57,759 bases of DNA from a virus (Duplodnaviria; Caudoviricetes). A program made the translations under genes and the position numbers. This document shows, piece by piece, positions 48,356 through 57,759 of this stretch (the first letter of the stretch is position 1; every line of letters begins with the position of its first letter). The notes beneath the pieces were generated by a model that saw nothing but the letters and a program-made list of their open reading frames with translations, did no database searches and was not told where the DNA came from. The DNA lies in the IMG/VR virus record IMGVR_UViG_3300046011_007876, positions 1 to 57,759 of that record, one strand, 5' to 3'.

Positions 48356-51300
48356 TTATGCCGGTCCTCCGTCAGTTATTGTCCAGTTATTAGGACCAGA
48401 TGTTAAAGTGTTTCTTGCAACAGACGCGGCACTTGGGAATGCACTATATTGTGAATTTCCACCACTAAATATAACATTTGGTTGTACTGTTTGTGCTGCC
48501 CAACCAATTAATAAGTTATTATAATTTGTAACAGATAGTTGTACGTTATCAAACATATTATTCATACTGGTTACACTTGTAATGTCCCAAGTTCCTAAAT
48601 CTTGTTCAAACTGAACTGCATTACCAAACATACCATCCATTGACAATACATTTGATGTGTCCCAAACTGAAATATTCTGATTAAAAATATTACATCCATT
48701 AAACATATTATTCATATTTGTAACATTTGATGTGTCCCAAGAAACAATAGGTTGATTAAAGTTTTGACATAAACTAAACATACCTGACATATTAAACACA
48801 CTTGATGTATTCCAATTATCAATAGATGAACTACCACCATTATTAAATAATACACAACCTTCAAACATACTTCTTGTTGTTATTACACTTGATAAATCCC
48901 AAGAACTAAGATTATCATTAAGACTAGTGCATTTACCAAATGTTCTATAAAAAGATTTAACACTTGATACATCCCATAAACTAACATTATTTATTGTTGT
49001 TAAAGATTGACAAAAATTAAATGAGTCTTGCATATTTTGAACACCGGTTAAATCAAACACATCAAGTGTTGCCGATAAATCTAAAGCTCTACAAGCAAAG
49101 AAATTACCACCTTCATTTCCAATTCTAAATTGACCCCAAGATATTACATTTAATATTCTACCAGCATTATTACCATCAGGACTTGGTAATGGACTAGGTT
49201 GTTGGAATGACCAACCTTCTATTGTTCCAATAATTTCAACAACATAATTCGTATTAGCGCTTGGGTAAACGTGTCTTCTTTGTGGACTATTCCAGGTATT
49301 AATAACATCAGATGTTCCGTCACCCCAATAAACTGTAAAATTATAATTACCACCTAAAACTAAAGGTAGTTCAATTTGACTATTAAAATATGAATTCCAA
49401 GTTGTTTTAAAATTATATACCGGTGTTGGTGACGTTGACGGTGTTGGTGTATTTGTTGGTGTAACTGTTGGTGTTGGTGTGTTAGTAGGAGTATTTGTTG
49501 GTGTAACTGTAGGAGTTGGTGTAACTGTTGGTGTAACCGTAGGTGTTGGTGTTGGTGGTAAACCACAATAAACGCAAGAAATATCGTAATCAATTAAAAG
49601 ATTAATTGTAATTTTTGCATCAGATAATAAATTAACATTTTGTGGATTACAAGTTGATCCGGTTATAACACACGTATTAAAGATTTGTATTGTATTTTCA
49701 CTATAATTAACAATAACATCACCAATACCATTAAATGTTTTTAGTGTGTTTACAACAGTATCAACCCAAAGAACGTCAGTTGGGAAATCGTTTATTCCTA
49801 TTGATGAGTAAAAGTTAATCTGTTTTAATTCACCATCAACACTAACTTCCAATATAAATTCAGCAGAATTTACTTTACAGTTTGTATCATCAAATGTTAA
49901 ATCATAAAATCCTTCATTATACATTTGTGAAATTCCTCTTTTTCCTATAATATCAGTTTTTTGGAATGGTGAAGAACATATGTTAAATGTTTGATAATTT
50001 GAGACTTTATTTGTTCCGTTAAGTGTTATTGATTTAGAATAAATACAACCATTATCATCTGTTATTTGTAGTGTATATGTGTCGGCTGACAATCCAACTA
50101 AATTTGGTCCGGTTTGACTTCCCACATTTGAACTCCAGTTATATGTAAATGGTGGTTCTCCATAATAAATTAATGTGTCAATTTCACCATCATTACCATT
50201 TACTGGTTGAGTAATTGAAAAATCAAAGAAAACCCCATTTGATGGTGAAATACTAAAGTTTTCTGTTTGTGTACAACCATTTGAGTCTGTAACAGTTGCA
50301 ACATAATTACCAGAAGTCAAATTATTAAACGTTGTTTGTGGTGACGGTGGATATCCTGTTATTTGATAACTATATGGTAATGTACCACCAGAAGAAGCAA
50401 CAAGTTGTACCGAACCATTACTTAAACCACAAGTTGTTCCGGTTGTTGATGTTGTTAATGTAAATAAAACAACATTAGTTATTGTAATTGATGTTGTATA
50501 TGTACAAGTACCATCAGAAATCGTTAGTGTGTATGTATCTGATACTAAATTTGGGAATGTTTTTAAAACTGAATTTGTCGTATCAGAAGTTGTACCACCT
50601 AAAGAATCGGTTAGTGTATATGTGAAGGTACCGGATGGTACACCACTATTTAAAACAATACTTATAGAACCGTTATTATTATTACAAGTTGAATTTGTTG
50701 AATTTACAGAAACTATTGAGAATGAGTTTGGTGTTATAATACTAGTTGAGTTTACAAAACTACAAAGTCCAGAATCTTGTACAAATACTGTAAAATTACC
50801 AGAACATAAACCAGTAAATGTATATGATTGTGAAAATGTAACAATTGTTTGACCATTACTACCTGAATAATAATAAGGTGCGGTACCATTTGCAATTATA
50901 ACTTCAATTTCACCATCACAATTAAAACAAGTTGGTGGTGTTGATATAAAAGAACCAAAAGTCACCGGTGTAACATCAAAAACTTGTGCTATTTGTGTTA
51001 ATTGACAACCATTATTATCCGTTACCGTAACAGAATAATTTCCAGCTATTAAGTTTTCAATATATGATGTTGTTTCGCCATTTGACCAAATATAAGTAAA
51101 TGGTGGATTACCGGTTAGACCGGTAACATAAATTTTACCACTACCGGATGTTGACACACAATTTGCATTATCAACAACGTAAAACCCAAAATTAATTGGT
51201 GTTGAGTTATAAACAATACAAGATTCGGATCTACCAGTACATCCACCACCATCATCTGCAATCACATAGTAAGTTTCTGGTGAAAGTCCATTAAATACGT

Positions 51301-51715
51301 AATCATTAGTAACACCAATAGCAGAATCAATTAAATTATCATTAATATCGTATAAATAAAAATCAATTGGTCCATAAACGTGTTCTGTTGTTGCAGTCAA
51401 TGAACCATTTATATTTCCACAAGTTGTACCTGTTGTTTCTATTGAAACACAAGTTCCTGATGATATATATATTGGCCAAAGTAATGAATCTGGTGTTGGT
51501 ATTGTTGAATCTATAATCTCAACAAAGTAACTACCGGCTGGTAAATTATTAACGTAATAATCAGTTGTTGCGGCAGATGTTGGTAATAAACCACTAGATG
51601 AAATTTCAGTAACTGTCCAAGTTGGTGCATCACCAGTGATACTAAAAAAAACTTCACCAATACCAAGATTAGAACAATCCCCAGTTATAGAATAATCAAA
51701 TATGTTTATTGCCAT
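48356..51715 (-). CDS. Adhesin-like virion protein: SprB repeats, (PT)n linker, PKD-like domain, DUF285/BspA-type repeats
   Basis: Several GxxPFTYxWS..L.AG.Y.VTVTD repeats; VYWGDG; WDTSNVTNMNNMF repeats. Confidence 0.8.
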   Translation of the reverse strand: MAINIFDYSITGDCSNLGIGEVFFSITGDAPTWTVTEISSSGLLPTSAATTDYYVNNLPAGSYFVEIIDSTIPTPDSLLWPIYISSGTCVSIETTGTTCGNINGSLTATTEHVYGPIDFYLYDINDNLIDSAIGVTNDYVFNGLSPETYYVIADDGGGCTGRSESCIVYNSTPINFGFYVVDNANCVSTSGSGKIYVTGLTGNPPFTYIWSNGETTSYIENLIAGNYSVTVTDNNGCQLTQIAQVFDVTPVTFGSFISTPPTCFNCDGEIEVIIANGTAPYYYSGSNGQTIVTFSQSYTFTGLCSGNFTVFVQDSGLCSFVNSTSIITPNSFSIVSVNSTNSTCNNNNGSISIVLNSGVPSGTFTYTLTDSLGGTTSDTTNSVLKTFPNLVSDTYTLTISDGTCTYTTSITITNVVLFTLTTSTTGTTCGLSNGSVQLVASSGGTLPYSYQITGYPPSPQTTFNNLTSGNYVATVTDSNGCTQTENFSISPSNGVFFDFSITQPVNGNDGEIDTLIYYGEPPFTYNWSSNVGSQTGPNLVGLSADTYTLQITDDNGCIYSKSITLNGTNKVSNYQTFNICSSPFQKTDIIGKRGISQMYNEGFYDLTFDDTNCKVNSAEFILEVSVDGELKQINFYSSIGINDFPTDVLWVDTVVNTLKTFNGIGDVIVNYSENTIQIFNTCVITGSTCNPQNVNLLSDAKITINLLIDYDISCVYCGLPPTPTPTVTPTVTPTPTVTPTNTPTNTPTPTVTPTNTPTPSTSPTPVYNFKTTWNSYFNSQIELPLVLGGNYNFTVYWGDGTSDVINTWNSPQRRHVYPSANTNYVVEIIGTIEGWSFQQPSPLPSPDGNNAGRILNVISWGQFRIGNEGGNFFACRALDLSATLDVFDLTGVQNMQDSFNFCQSLTTINNVSLWDVSSVKSFYRTFGKCTSLNDNLSSWDLSSVITTRSMFEGCVLFNNGGSSSIDNWNTSSVFNMSGMFSLCQNFNQPIVSWDTSNVTNMNNMFNGCNIFNQNISVWDTSNVLSMDGMFGNAVQFEQDLGTWDITSVTSMNNMFDNVQLSVTNYNNLLIGWAAQTVQPNVIFSGGNSQYSAFPSAASVARNTLTSGPNNWTITDGGPA

Positions 51716-54700
51716 TAATCGTTACAAAAAATATCAAAGTTTATTCCCACGTTAAATTCAAAAATATTATCTTCACTTAGTGGAATACAATTGCTGTTAT
51801 ATATAATTACAGTTTCATCTGTTTCATTAATTATAAAACTCAATCCATAAACTTGTAGTTCTGGATTAATATTATTTAAAGCGTTTATCCAATCATTCGA
51901 TGTTGGGTAACTAATACCGTTTGCTGAATACCCATTACCATTAAAAAATGGGATACTTGTTAATAAACCACCATTTACTCTTAAATCAACATACCAGGTT
52001 GATTGAATTGAGTTTAAAATACAATCATTTGTTGGATCATATCCGTTATCATTTAAGTAAGTTGATATTACATTACTTAATACAACACCAAATGAATTAA
52101 CAGTTGGGTTTGATCCCCAAGGGTATAAAGGGCATTCGACTGCTTGAATTGGGCAATCGTATGGGAATAGTTGACCAATTAAAGAACAAGGTTTACAAGG
52201 AACCGGAATAATTTGACAACCTGATTGTCTTCTCCAAACAAATTTTTGTCTATGGAATATTGAGTTTTCATACTTCACTCCGGTATTCCATATTGTTGTC
52301 GCTGGAACCATTTGTTCAATTAATCTTATCCAATAGTCGCCTAAACCATGAACATAATCAATCATTGTTTGATATGTGAAATTATCATTTGGTACATTAA
52401 TTGCTTGTCCGGATTCTAAATATTTCCAATAAATTGATTGTAGCGTTGGGTACCCTCCTGTTTTACCATCAGTTATAAATTGTCTATTTCTAACATTTAT
52501 CATATTTCTCCAAAAAGTTTGAGCAAACTCAAAAAATGTTTTTTCTTTTGGTTTTGGCACAATTTCTGTCCAATCTATACCACCTCTTTGTGGGTATGGT
52601 GTATTTGGATTTGGGTCACAATATGTTGGTATAACATAATTTAATCCTTCGTTTGGTATTGGGTAATTATATGTTCTAGACATAACCCAAACATCATAAA
52701 CCAAACCTTGTGCTGGATTCATATGAATATCAACATTTTTAACATTTAATGTTAAATTATCTTCACCAACTTCATAGTATGCGTTAAAGTTACCATCAAA
52801 ACTTTGTCTTAAAAATGGTTCTTCATCTGTCCAACTTTTTTTATTATCAATAACTTTTCTTAATTTAAATCCTAATGTCATATAAGGAAACTGTCTATAT
52901 CTTTGTAGATATTGTTCCCCATAATTAAATGGTAGTAATGTTGTTTGGAAATTTGGGTTTGAACCAGTGAATACACTATTTGTGATATCAACTTTTTCAG
53001 GCATTCTATGTTGTGGTGTTGACTCAAACCAACCACCACCTATTTGATAATAGAAAGATTCGCTTTCTTGTGGCATGCTTGGGTAACCATATTCGTCAAT
53101 GGGATAATCTTCAAGAACAACATTTGCGTTTTCACTGATTGTTGTTGTTGTAAATCCAGTATACTGGTTACCCATTATTGAAAATATGTCTGTTGTATCT
53201 AAAACTGGTAATTCTTGTACATATGTTCCACCAGAAATTTGAGCATATTGTGTTTCAAACTGATTTAAATTTATTTTTTGGTCAGCAACATAAATATATT
53301 CATTAAATTCAATTAACGATTCTGGTGCGCCAATTAACCTTAATAATATTTCAATAGATTTTCTTGTACCTTTTGATTTAAATAGATATGCCGCATTTAA
53401 TATTAAATTTCTATAATATTGATAATTTAATTCTTCTGGTGTTTGACCAACACTAAGTCCACTAAAATTATTTGAACCAGTTGAAAATACGGAATCTAAT
53501 AGTTGTGTTTCAGTTATTGGTGAAATATTTGTTTTCCACCCTAATGTTTGGGCTAAATTTTTTAATAATTGGGATGGTATATCATTTTTTACTACATAAT
53601 TAACATTAGTCATATTTGGTAATGCTAAAATAAATTTCATACTTTCATCGAAACTTCTACCATATATTTGTAGAATTTTTTCCATTTTTTGATCATCGGT
53701 ATCAAATTCTTTAAATGCACCAGTTGTTAAAAATCTAGAAATTAAATTTGTTCTGTAACCGTCAAGACCTTCTGCAAATTCATTTAATTGTGTTAGATAT
53801 GAGTTAAAAGAAGGTGATGATATATCTAGATTCCAGGTACCGTTTTTTGGGAAAGTAACATTTTTATTTGTTAAATAATAGGATCCATCTTCATTTTGTT
53901 CAACACTAATAAATGTCGATGTATATTCAGGTGTTACATTTCTATTTAATAAAAATTGTTCTACTTGGTCAAAATTTTCATTAAAAACTTTGTTAACATA
54001 AAAATCAGTTGGTCGTATTATATAATATAAATAACTAATTTGTTGACCAGAAAATGGATTACCATCAACATACATTTTTAATGTTGTCGAATTTTCGTTT
54101 GTTGGTGTAAATGATGCAATATTGTATTTATTATCACCTAAAATCAAACAATATTTTTGATAATTTGTTGTGAAATTCCTTAATTCAGAAACTTTTAATT
54201 CTCTTAATTCTAAATTTCTTGTTGCATTTGTTGAGTATTCAATCTCGAACGGATTTTTTATGGCGCCGATTGGTATTTCAAAATAGGTTTCATTTTCAAT
54301 AGGGTCGTAAGAAATATTAATTGCAGATTCAGTCCTAGTAAAATTAAATAAAAATGGTGTTACTTCTAATGCGGCCGGAAAGTAATTAATTATGTTTGTT
54401 ATTGATGAAGATATTCTTTTAACAAGAGAACCATATAATGTAAAATTTGTTACTTGAGATAAGTCAAAATTAGGAAAAACTCTAAAGTTTTTAGCCTGGA
54501 TTAATCTAGATTCTTCAACACTTTTAATATTCATTGAGTCTAAACTCATTGGGTCTGAAAAAACACCTATGTTGAAAGTTCTATTTTGTTTTTCTGTTAT
54601 ACTTTCTGTAAACTCAAAATTACCTTGTGTAAAACCTCCTCCGTCAACTAGTTGAAACCCAACTAAATTATCGGAAAAAGTACCAGAACCAGATGCTGAT

Positions 54701-54732
54701 TGTGGTGGACAAGTATATTTTTTAATCGCCAT
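51715..54732 (-). CDS. Large virion protein, baseplate/tail-like
   Basis: LLKNLAQTLGW...LFKSKGTRKSIEILL resembles baseplate (P2 gpI-like) wedge motifs. Confidence 0.6.
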   Translation of the reverse strand: MAIKKYTCPPQSASGSGTFSDNLVGFQLVDGGGFTQGNFEFTESITEKQNRTFNIGVFSDPMSLDSMNIKSVEESRLIQAKNFRVFPNFDLSQVTNFTLYGSLVKRISSSITNIINYFPAALEVTPFLFNFTRTESAINISYDPIENETYFEIPIGAIKNPFEIEYSTNATRNLELRELKVSELRNFTTNYQKYCLILGDNKYNIASFTPTNENSTTLKMYVDGNPFSGQQISYLYYIIRPTDFYVNKVFNENFDQVEQFLLNRNVTPEYTSTFISVEQNEDGSYYLTNKNVTFPKNGTWNLDISSPSFNSYLTQLNEFAEGLDGYRTNLISRFLTTGAFKEFDTDDQKMEKILQIYGRSFDESMKFILALPNMTNVNYVVKNDIPSQLLKNLAQTLGWKTNISPITETQLLDSVFSTGSNNFSGLSVGQTPEELNYQYYRNLILNAAYLFKSKGTRKSIEILLRLIGAPESLIEFNEYIYVADQKINLNQFETQYAQISGGTYVQELPVLDTTDIFSIMGNQYTGFTTTTISENANVVLEDYPIDEYGYPSMPQESESFYYQIGGGWFESTPQHRMPEKVDITNSVFTGSNPNFQTTLLPFNYGEQYLQRYRQFPYMTLGFKLRKVIDNKKSWTDEEPFLRQSFDGNFNAYYEVGEDNLTLNVKNVDIHMNPAQGLVYDVWVMSRTYNYPIPNEGLNYVIPTYCDPNPNTPYPQRGGIDWTEIVPKPKEKTFFEFAQTFWRNMINVRNRQFITDGKTGGYPTLQSIYWKYLESGQAINVPNDNFTYQTMIDYVHGLGDYWIRLIEQMVPATTIWNTGVKYENSIFHRQKFVWRRQSGCQIIPVPCKPCSLIGQLFPYDCPIQAVECPLYPWGSNPTVNSFGVVLSNVISTYLNDNGYDPTNDCILNSIQSTWYVDLRVNGGLLTSIPFFNGNGYSANGISYPTSNDWINALNNINPELQVYGLSFIINETDETVIIYNSNCIPLSEDNIFEFNVGINFDIFCND

Positions 54733-55640
54733 TATCCTGTTATATTGTTAAATGCTTTACTAAAATCAATATTATTACCTCTATCTTGTCTTACTTCATA
54801 TAATAGGTCGTTGAATTGGTCTCTAATTTCGTATAAATTGTATTGTTTGTAAATATTATTATCACTATCGTAAATTGTGTAAATACCATCATCAAGTGAT
54901 TTTGTTTGATTACCATAAAGTGCAATAGCTAGAGTTGATATGTCTTGGTCAACAATTTCAATTTCAGTTGTTATTGGGTTAAAATACGTATTTGATATTA
55001 TAATACTTTGATTTGGTTGTCCAATAAAAGGTGTTGCATTTGGTTTGTTTGTTGGTGATGAAGATGGTGATAAAGTACAAAATAACAAATTTGATGTACC
55101 TTCAACATATACATATCTTATAGATTTTTGTGATGTATTTGTTAAATTTTGTACAACTGGTTCACAATAAAAAGAAGATGTTATAATTCTGAAAAAATTT
55201 GGTATTTTTGTTCCATCTGAATTTAAATACTCAACTCTAAAACCAACCAAACCTTGATTAACAAATTTATTTCTAAATTGTGATGGTACGTTATTTAAAT
55301 CAATAACAATACCTTTAACATTTGGTAAAGAAGATAAAACACCACAATCTGTTATTGTTGTTCTACTTTCTGCTGGTTTTATATATAATGTATAAATTCC
55401 TAATTTATTAAATTGGTCGGCTGGTAATTTAAGGTTGTATAAACCCCCTAAAATTTCAACATTAGCATTTCCACCGGTTTGTGAATTATGAAAATATGGT
55501 TTTAAAATTGACTTAGAGTCAAGTTTTGTTAATACAAAATTATCAGTTACATCACGACTTGGTGTGTAATTTAATATAATTTCAACGTCATCAGGACTAA
55601 CGTCCGCGCTTCTTATTGTTCCGTAACTTCCAGTTGCCAC
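54732..55640 (-). CDS. Probable virion structural protein
   Basis: GTG start; TATTTAT at 55675-55681; in the structural operon. Confidence 0.65.
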   Translation of the reverse strand: MATGSYGTIRSADVSPDDVEIILNYTPSRDVTDNFVLTKLDSKSILKPYFHNSQTGGNANVEILGGLYNLKLPADQFNKLGIYTLYIKPAESRTTITDCGVLSSLPNVKGIVIDLNNVPSQFRNKFVNQGLVGFRVEYLNSDGTKIPNFFRIITSSFYCEPVVQNLTNTSQKSIRYVYVEGTSNLLFCTLSPSSSPTNKPNATPFIGQPNQSIIISNTYFNPITTEIEIVDQDISTLAIALYGNQTKSLDDGIYTIYDSDNNIYKQYNLYEIRDQFNDLLYEVRQDRGNNIDFSKAFNNITG

Positions 55641-55682
55641 AATTTATAATTTTCTTTGTTTATGTCCTTTTTTTATAAATAC

Positions 55683-56858
55683 TTATGCTGTATCTTTTTT
55701 GACTTTGAAAAACTTATATCCATACTTTTCTAGGTCACCAACATTATCAACTTCACCTAATCTTTCTATATATTCTAAAACAGACTGTTTACCTCGTTCT
55801 ATAAAAACATTGGTCTGTACTTCTGGTTGGTCAATGACATTTAACAAACCTTCATTTTTTGTAAGTGCTGATAGTATTAAATCATTTTGTGTAAATCCAG
55901 ATGAATATGTTACATATAAGGTATAGTCCTCATAGTCAAAATAGTCAATGTTATTTATTGTATAAGCTGTATATGTGTCAGTTGGGTCTGGCCCCCAAAC
56001 AGTTCCAATACAACCTGTCGTTCCAGTTACCTGGACACCAATTTTAAATTTACCACCAAGTAAATTAAATTTAGGTCCATATTGTGCTAAATCATTTATT
56101 GACGATTCCGTATATCCGGTTAATAAAAACGGAACGGTTGTATAATTTGAACTATAAAAATCTGATAAATTTGTGTTTGAGTCACCACTAAATATGTATT
56201 CGTAATTAATTGGTGTTGCACTCCAATTACCTCCATAGGGAATAAAATATGCAGTGCCATTTGGATTGTCTATTGTTGTTCCAGTGAAAGGTACCGTAAC
56301 AGTTTTTTCTACAAGAGATATACCCCAAGGTGAATTAGCGGTCATTGTAATTTTATACTGCGAATTTGAAGATGGGTATGTGTGTGTTAATGGTGAAGTA
56401 TTTGTTAATGTTATAGTTGGTGATCCGTCACCCCAATCAACAACATATGTTATTAATTCAAGAAATTTAACCATTTCTTGTTCTGATGTATTATAAAAAA
56501 TATATGTATATGGGTTTACAGTATTTGCTGTAAAAAGAAAATTATTTATAACATCTTTTTGTAATACAGCACCATCAAAAACAGAATAATATCCAAAATC
56601 TGTTGCTGTTTGTGTAAATAAAATAGGTATTGTAAGTCCGGTTAAAATTGATGAACCATTTGTCCCACCAGACAAAATATCTCTCATATTTAAATACAAC
56701 CCAGTTTCACCAATTATTGTATTTTCAGTTACTGCTGTAATAAAACAACATTCATCAATATCATAAAAAACTTCTGTACCGGCAGTATATTTTACTTTGG
56801 TTAAATCAGAAATAATATTTTCTGGTGATATTTTAAAATAATATTTTTGTTCTTCCAT
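55683..56858 (-). CDS. Probable virion protein with PKD-like domain
   Basis: VDWGDGSP...HTYP...ITMTANSPWG. Confidence 0.7.
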   Translation of the reverse strand: MEEQKYYFKISPENIISDLTKVKYTAGTEVFYDIDECCFITAVTENTIIGETGLYLNMRDILSGGTNGSSILTGLTIPILFTQTATDFGYYSVFDGAVLQKDVINNFLFTANTVNPYTYIFYNTSEQEMVKFLELITYVVDWGDGSPTITLTNTSPLTHTYPSSNSQYKITMTANSPWGISLVEKTVTVPFTGTTIDNPNGTAYFIPYGGNWSATPINYEYIFSGDSNTNLSDFYSSNYTTVPFLLTGYTESSINDLAQYGPKFNLLGGKFKIGVQVTGTTGCIGTVWGPDPTDTYTAYTINNIDYFDYEDYTLYVTYSSGFTQNDLILSALTKNEGLLNVIDQPEVQTNVFIERGKQSVLEYIERLGEVDNVGDLEKYGYKFFKVKKDTA

Positions 56859-57667
56859 TATGGGTTAACATATTCATACCAAGTTATCGGTGTTAATTGA
56901 TCACCAACTCTTGTATTTGTTGATGTTTTTAACACTTCATAAGTTTTTGTTGTGTAGTCTAAATTTACTTTATAATAAAAATATTCACTACCTAAAAAGT
57001 TAAACTTAGTTGGTGTGATATTTGGTTGTGGTGTATTTGTCATTACAGTAAAGGTTCCGGTTCTTCCGTTAAAAAATTTAGCCGACATATAAAATTCGGA
57101 TAAATCAATAAAATCTCTTTCTCTTAACCAGTAAATAAAGAACCCTTCTTTATCACCAATAAAATCCAAATTAAATTTTGGTTTTCTAATATCAACCGGT
57201 GGTAATAAAGGTGAAACAGGTGTGGTTTCAAATTGTCCTTGCTGGACTGGTAAAATTATTGTAAAGTAATTTGTTTGTGTTTTATCTTCCGGAGTGTCAT
57301 AAAAATCCAATTTGAAAAATGATTTTGTAAAAGGTTTTGTATAATAGTATATGTCTGTTGGTAAAAATCCTTCATTTTGATATGTAATATCCCAGTTACC
57401 GGAATTTACAGTTGTTGCCGTTATTGGTTGTGAGTTATCGTAAAAATAAAACTCATAATTTATTTCTGTTTGTTCATTTGGGAATGAGTTATGTTCAAAT
57501 CTTGATATTTCAAAATCATTTGCAATACCAATAATTTCTTTAATCATTTCTTTTTGGTACTCCTCAATACTATCGTCTCTTCCAGTAAAGTCCCATTTAA
57601 ACTCTACTGGAACATCAACATAATTTGTATTCTCAGAAAACAATATTTTTATTTTATTCACACTCAT
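56858..57667 (-). CDS. Probable virion structural protein
   Basis: 269-aa ORF coupled to its neighbours. Confidence 0.65.
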   Translation of the reverse strand: MSVNKIKILFSENTNYVDVPVEFKWDFTGRDDSIEEYQKEMIKEIIGIANDFEISRFEHNSFPNEQTEINYEFYFYDNSQPITATTVNSGNWDITYQNEGFLPTDIYYYTKPFTKSFFKLDFYDTPEDKTQTNYFTIILPVQQGQFETTPVSPLLPPVDIRKPKFNLDFIGDKEGFFIYWLRERDFIDLSEFYMSAKFFNGRTGTFTVMTNTPQPNITPTKFNFLGSEYFYYKVNLDYTTKTYEVLKTSTNTRVGDQLTPITWYEYVNP

Positions 57668-57758
57668 CTGTTGTTGGTTGTGTAATTTCTGTTATGTTCT
57701 GCACTCCAATACCTTCAGGGAATACTCTAAAAACTATATTTGTATATGGGTAGTGTTT
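57654..57758 (-). CDS. 3' end of a gene entering from outside the window
   Basis: My translation: KHYPYTNIVFRVFPEGIGVQNITEITQPTTDECE*. Confidence 0.6.
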   Translation of the reverse strand, partial: KHYPYTNIVFRVFPEGIGVQNITEITQPTTDECE

Positions 57759-57759
57759 C

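Noticed and set aside
41160-49560. ACACCA/GGTGTT and ACA/TGT tandem repeats as CRISPR or non-coding satellites
   Set aside because: They are in-frame Pro-Thr and poly-Thr codons; there is no repeat-spacer structure.
878-56496. Many short opposite-strand ORFs (e.g. 878, 4164, 16218, 23166, 28421, 36237, 50529) and same-strand off-frame ORFs (23134, 35273, 49360)
   Set aside because: Nested in well-supported genes, with shadow-frame composition and no motifs.
1-57759. Stop-codon reassignment, as in some Bacteroidota phages
   Set aside because: Genes are full length and tightly packed in code 11; TAA, TGA and TAG all end plausible genes.
1-57759. Eukaryotic giant virus or bacterial chromosome origin
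   Set aside because: Sigma70, DnaG, an amidase and overlapping operons argue against a eukaryotic virus; the absence of housekeeping operons and the presence of phage-type genes argue against a chromosome.
1-57759. tRNA, rRNA, transposase or integrase genes
   Set aside because: None recognised by eye; intergenic gaps are short and lack cloverleaf or T-loop signatures. tRNAscan would be needed to be certain.

Overview
An AT-rich, densely coding segment, mostly on the minus strand, best read as part of a large (jumbo-type) tailed phage. The host is probably Bacteroidota, given the TAnnTTTG promoters, a Bacteroidota-type sigma70 without region 1.1, an Hc1-like protein and SprB/DUF285 domains. 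In order, the window holds: (1) the end of an integron-like cassette array (two attC-like sites, 1-780); (2) an early accessory region with a dispersed RNA-repair set (RNA ligase, kinase, phosphoesterase, receiver-like domain); (3) probable late, head-packaged proteins mixed with thioredoxin, glutaredoxin, DnaJ and a degenerate MetK-like protein; (4) a probable lysis module; (5) three C5 DNA methyltransferases, a restriction endonuclease and a sigma factor; (6) SbcCD-like proteins, an exonuclease, primase and a RuvC-like resolvase; (7) a block of large Cys- and Thr/Pro-rich virion proteins. The best candidates for new biology are a plant HPAT/SGT1-like protein O-glycosyltransferase sitting among mucin-like (PT)n/Tn virion proteins, and phage-borne attC cassettes whose genes are inverted and start inside the attC loop. 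All calls come from reading motifs by eye; no database searches were run.
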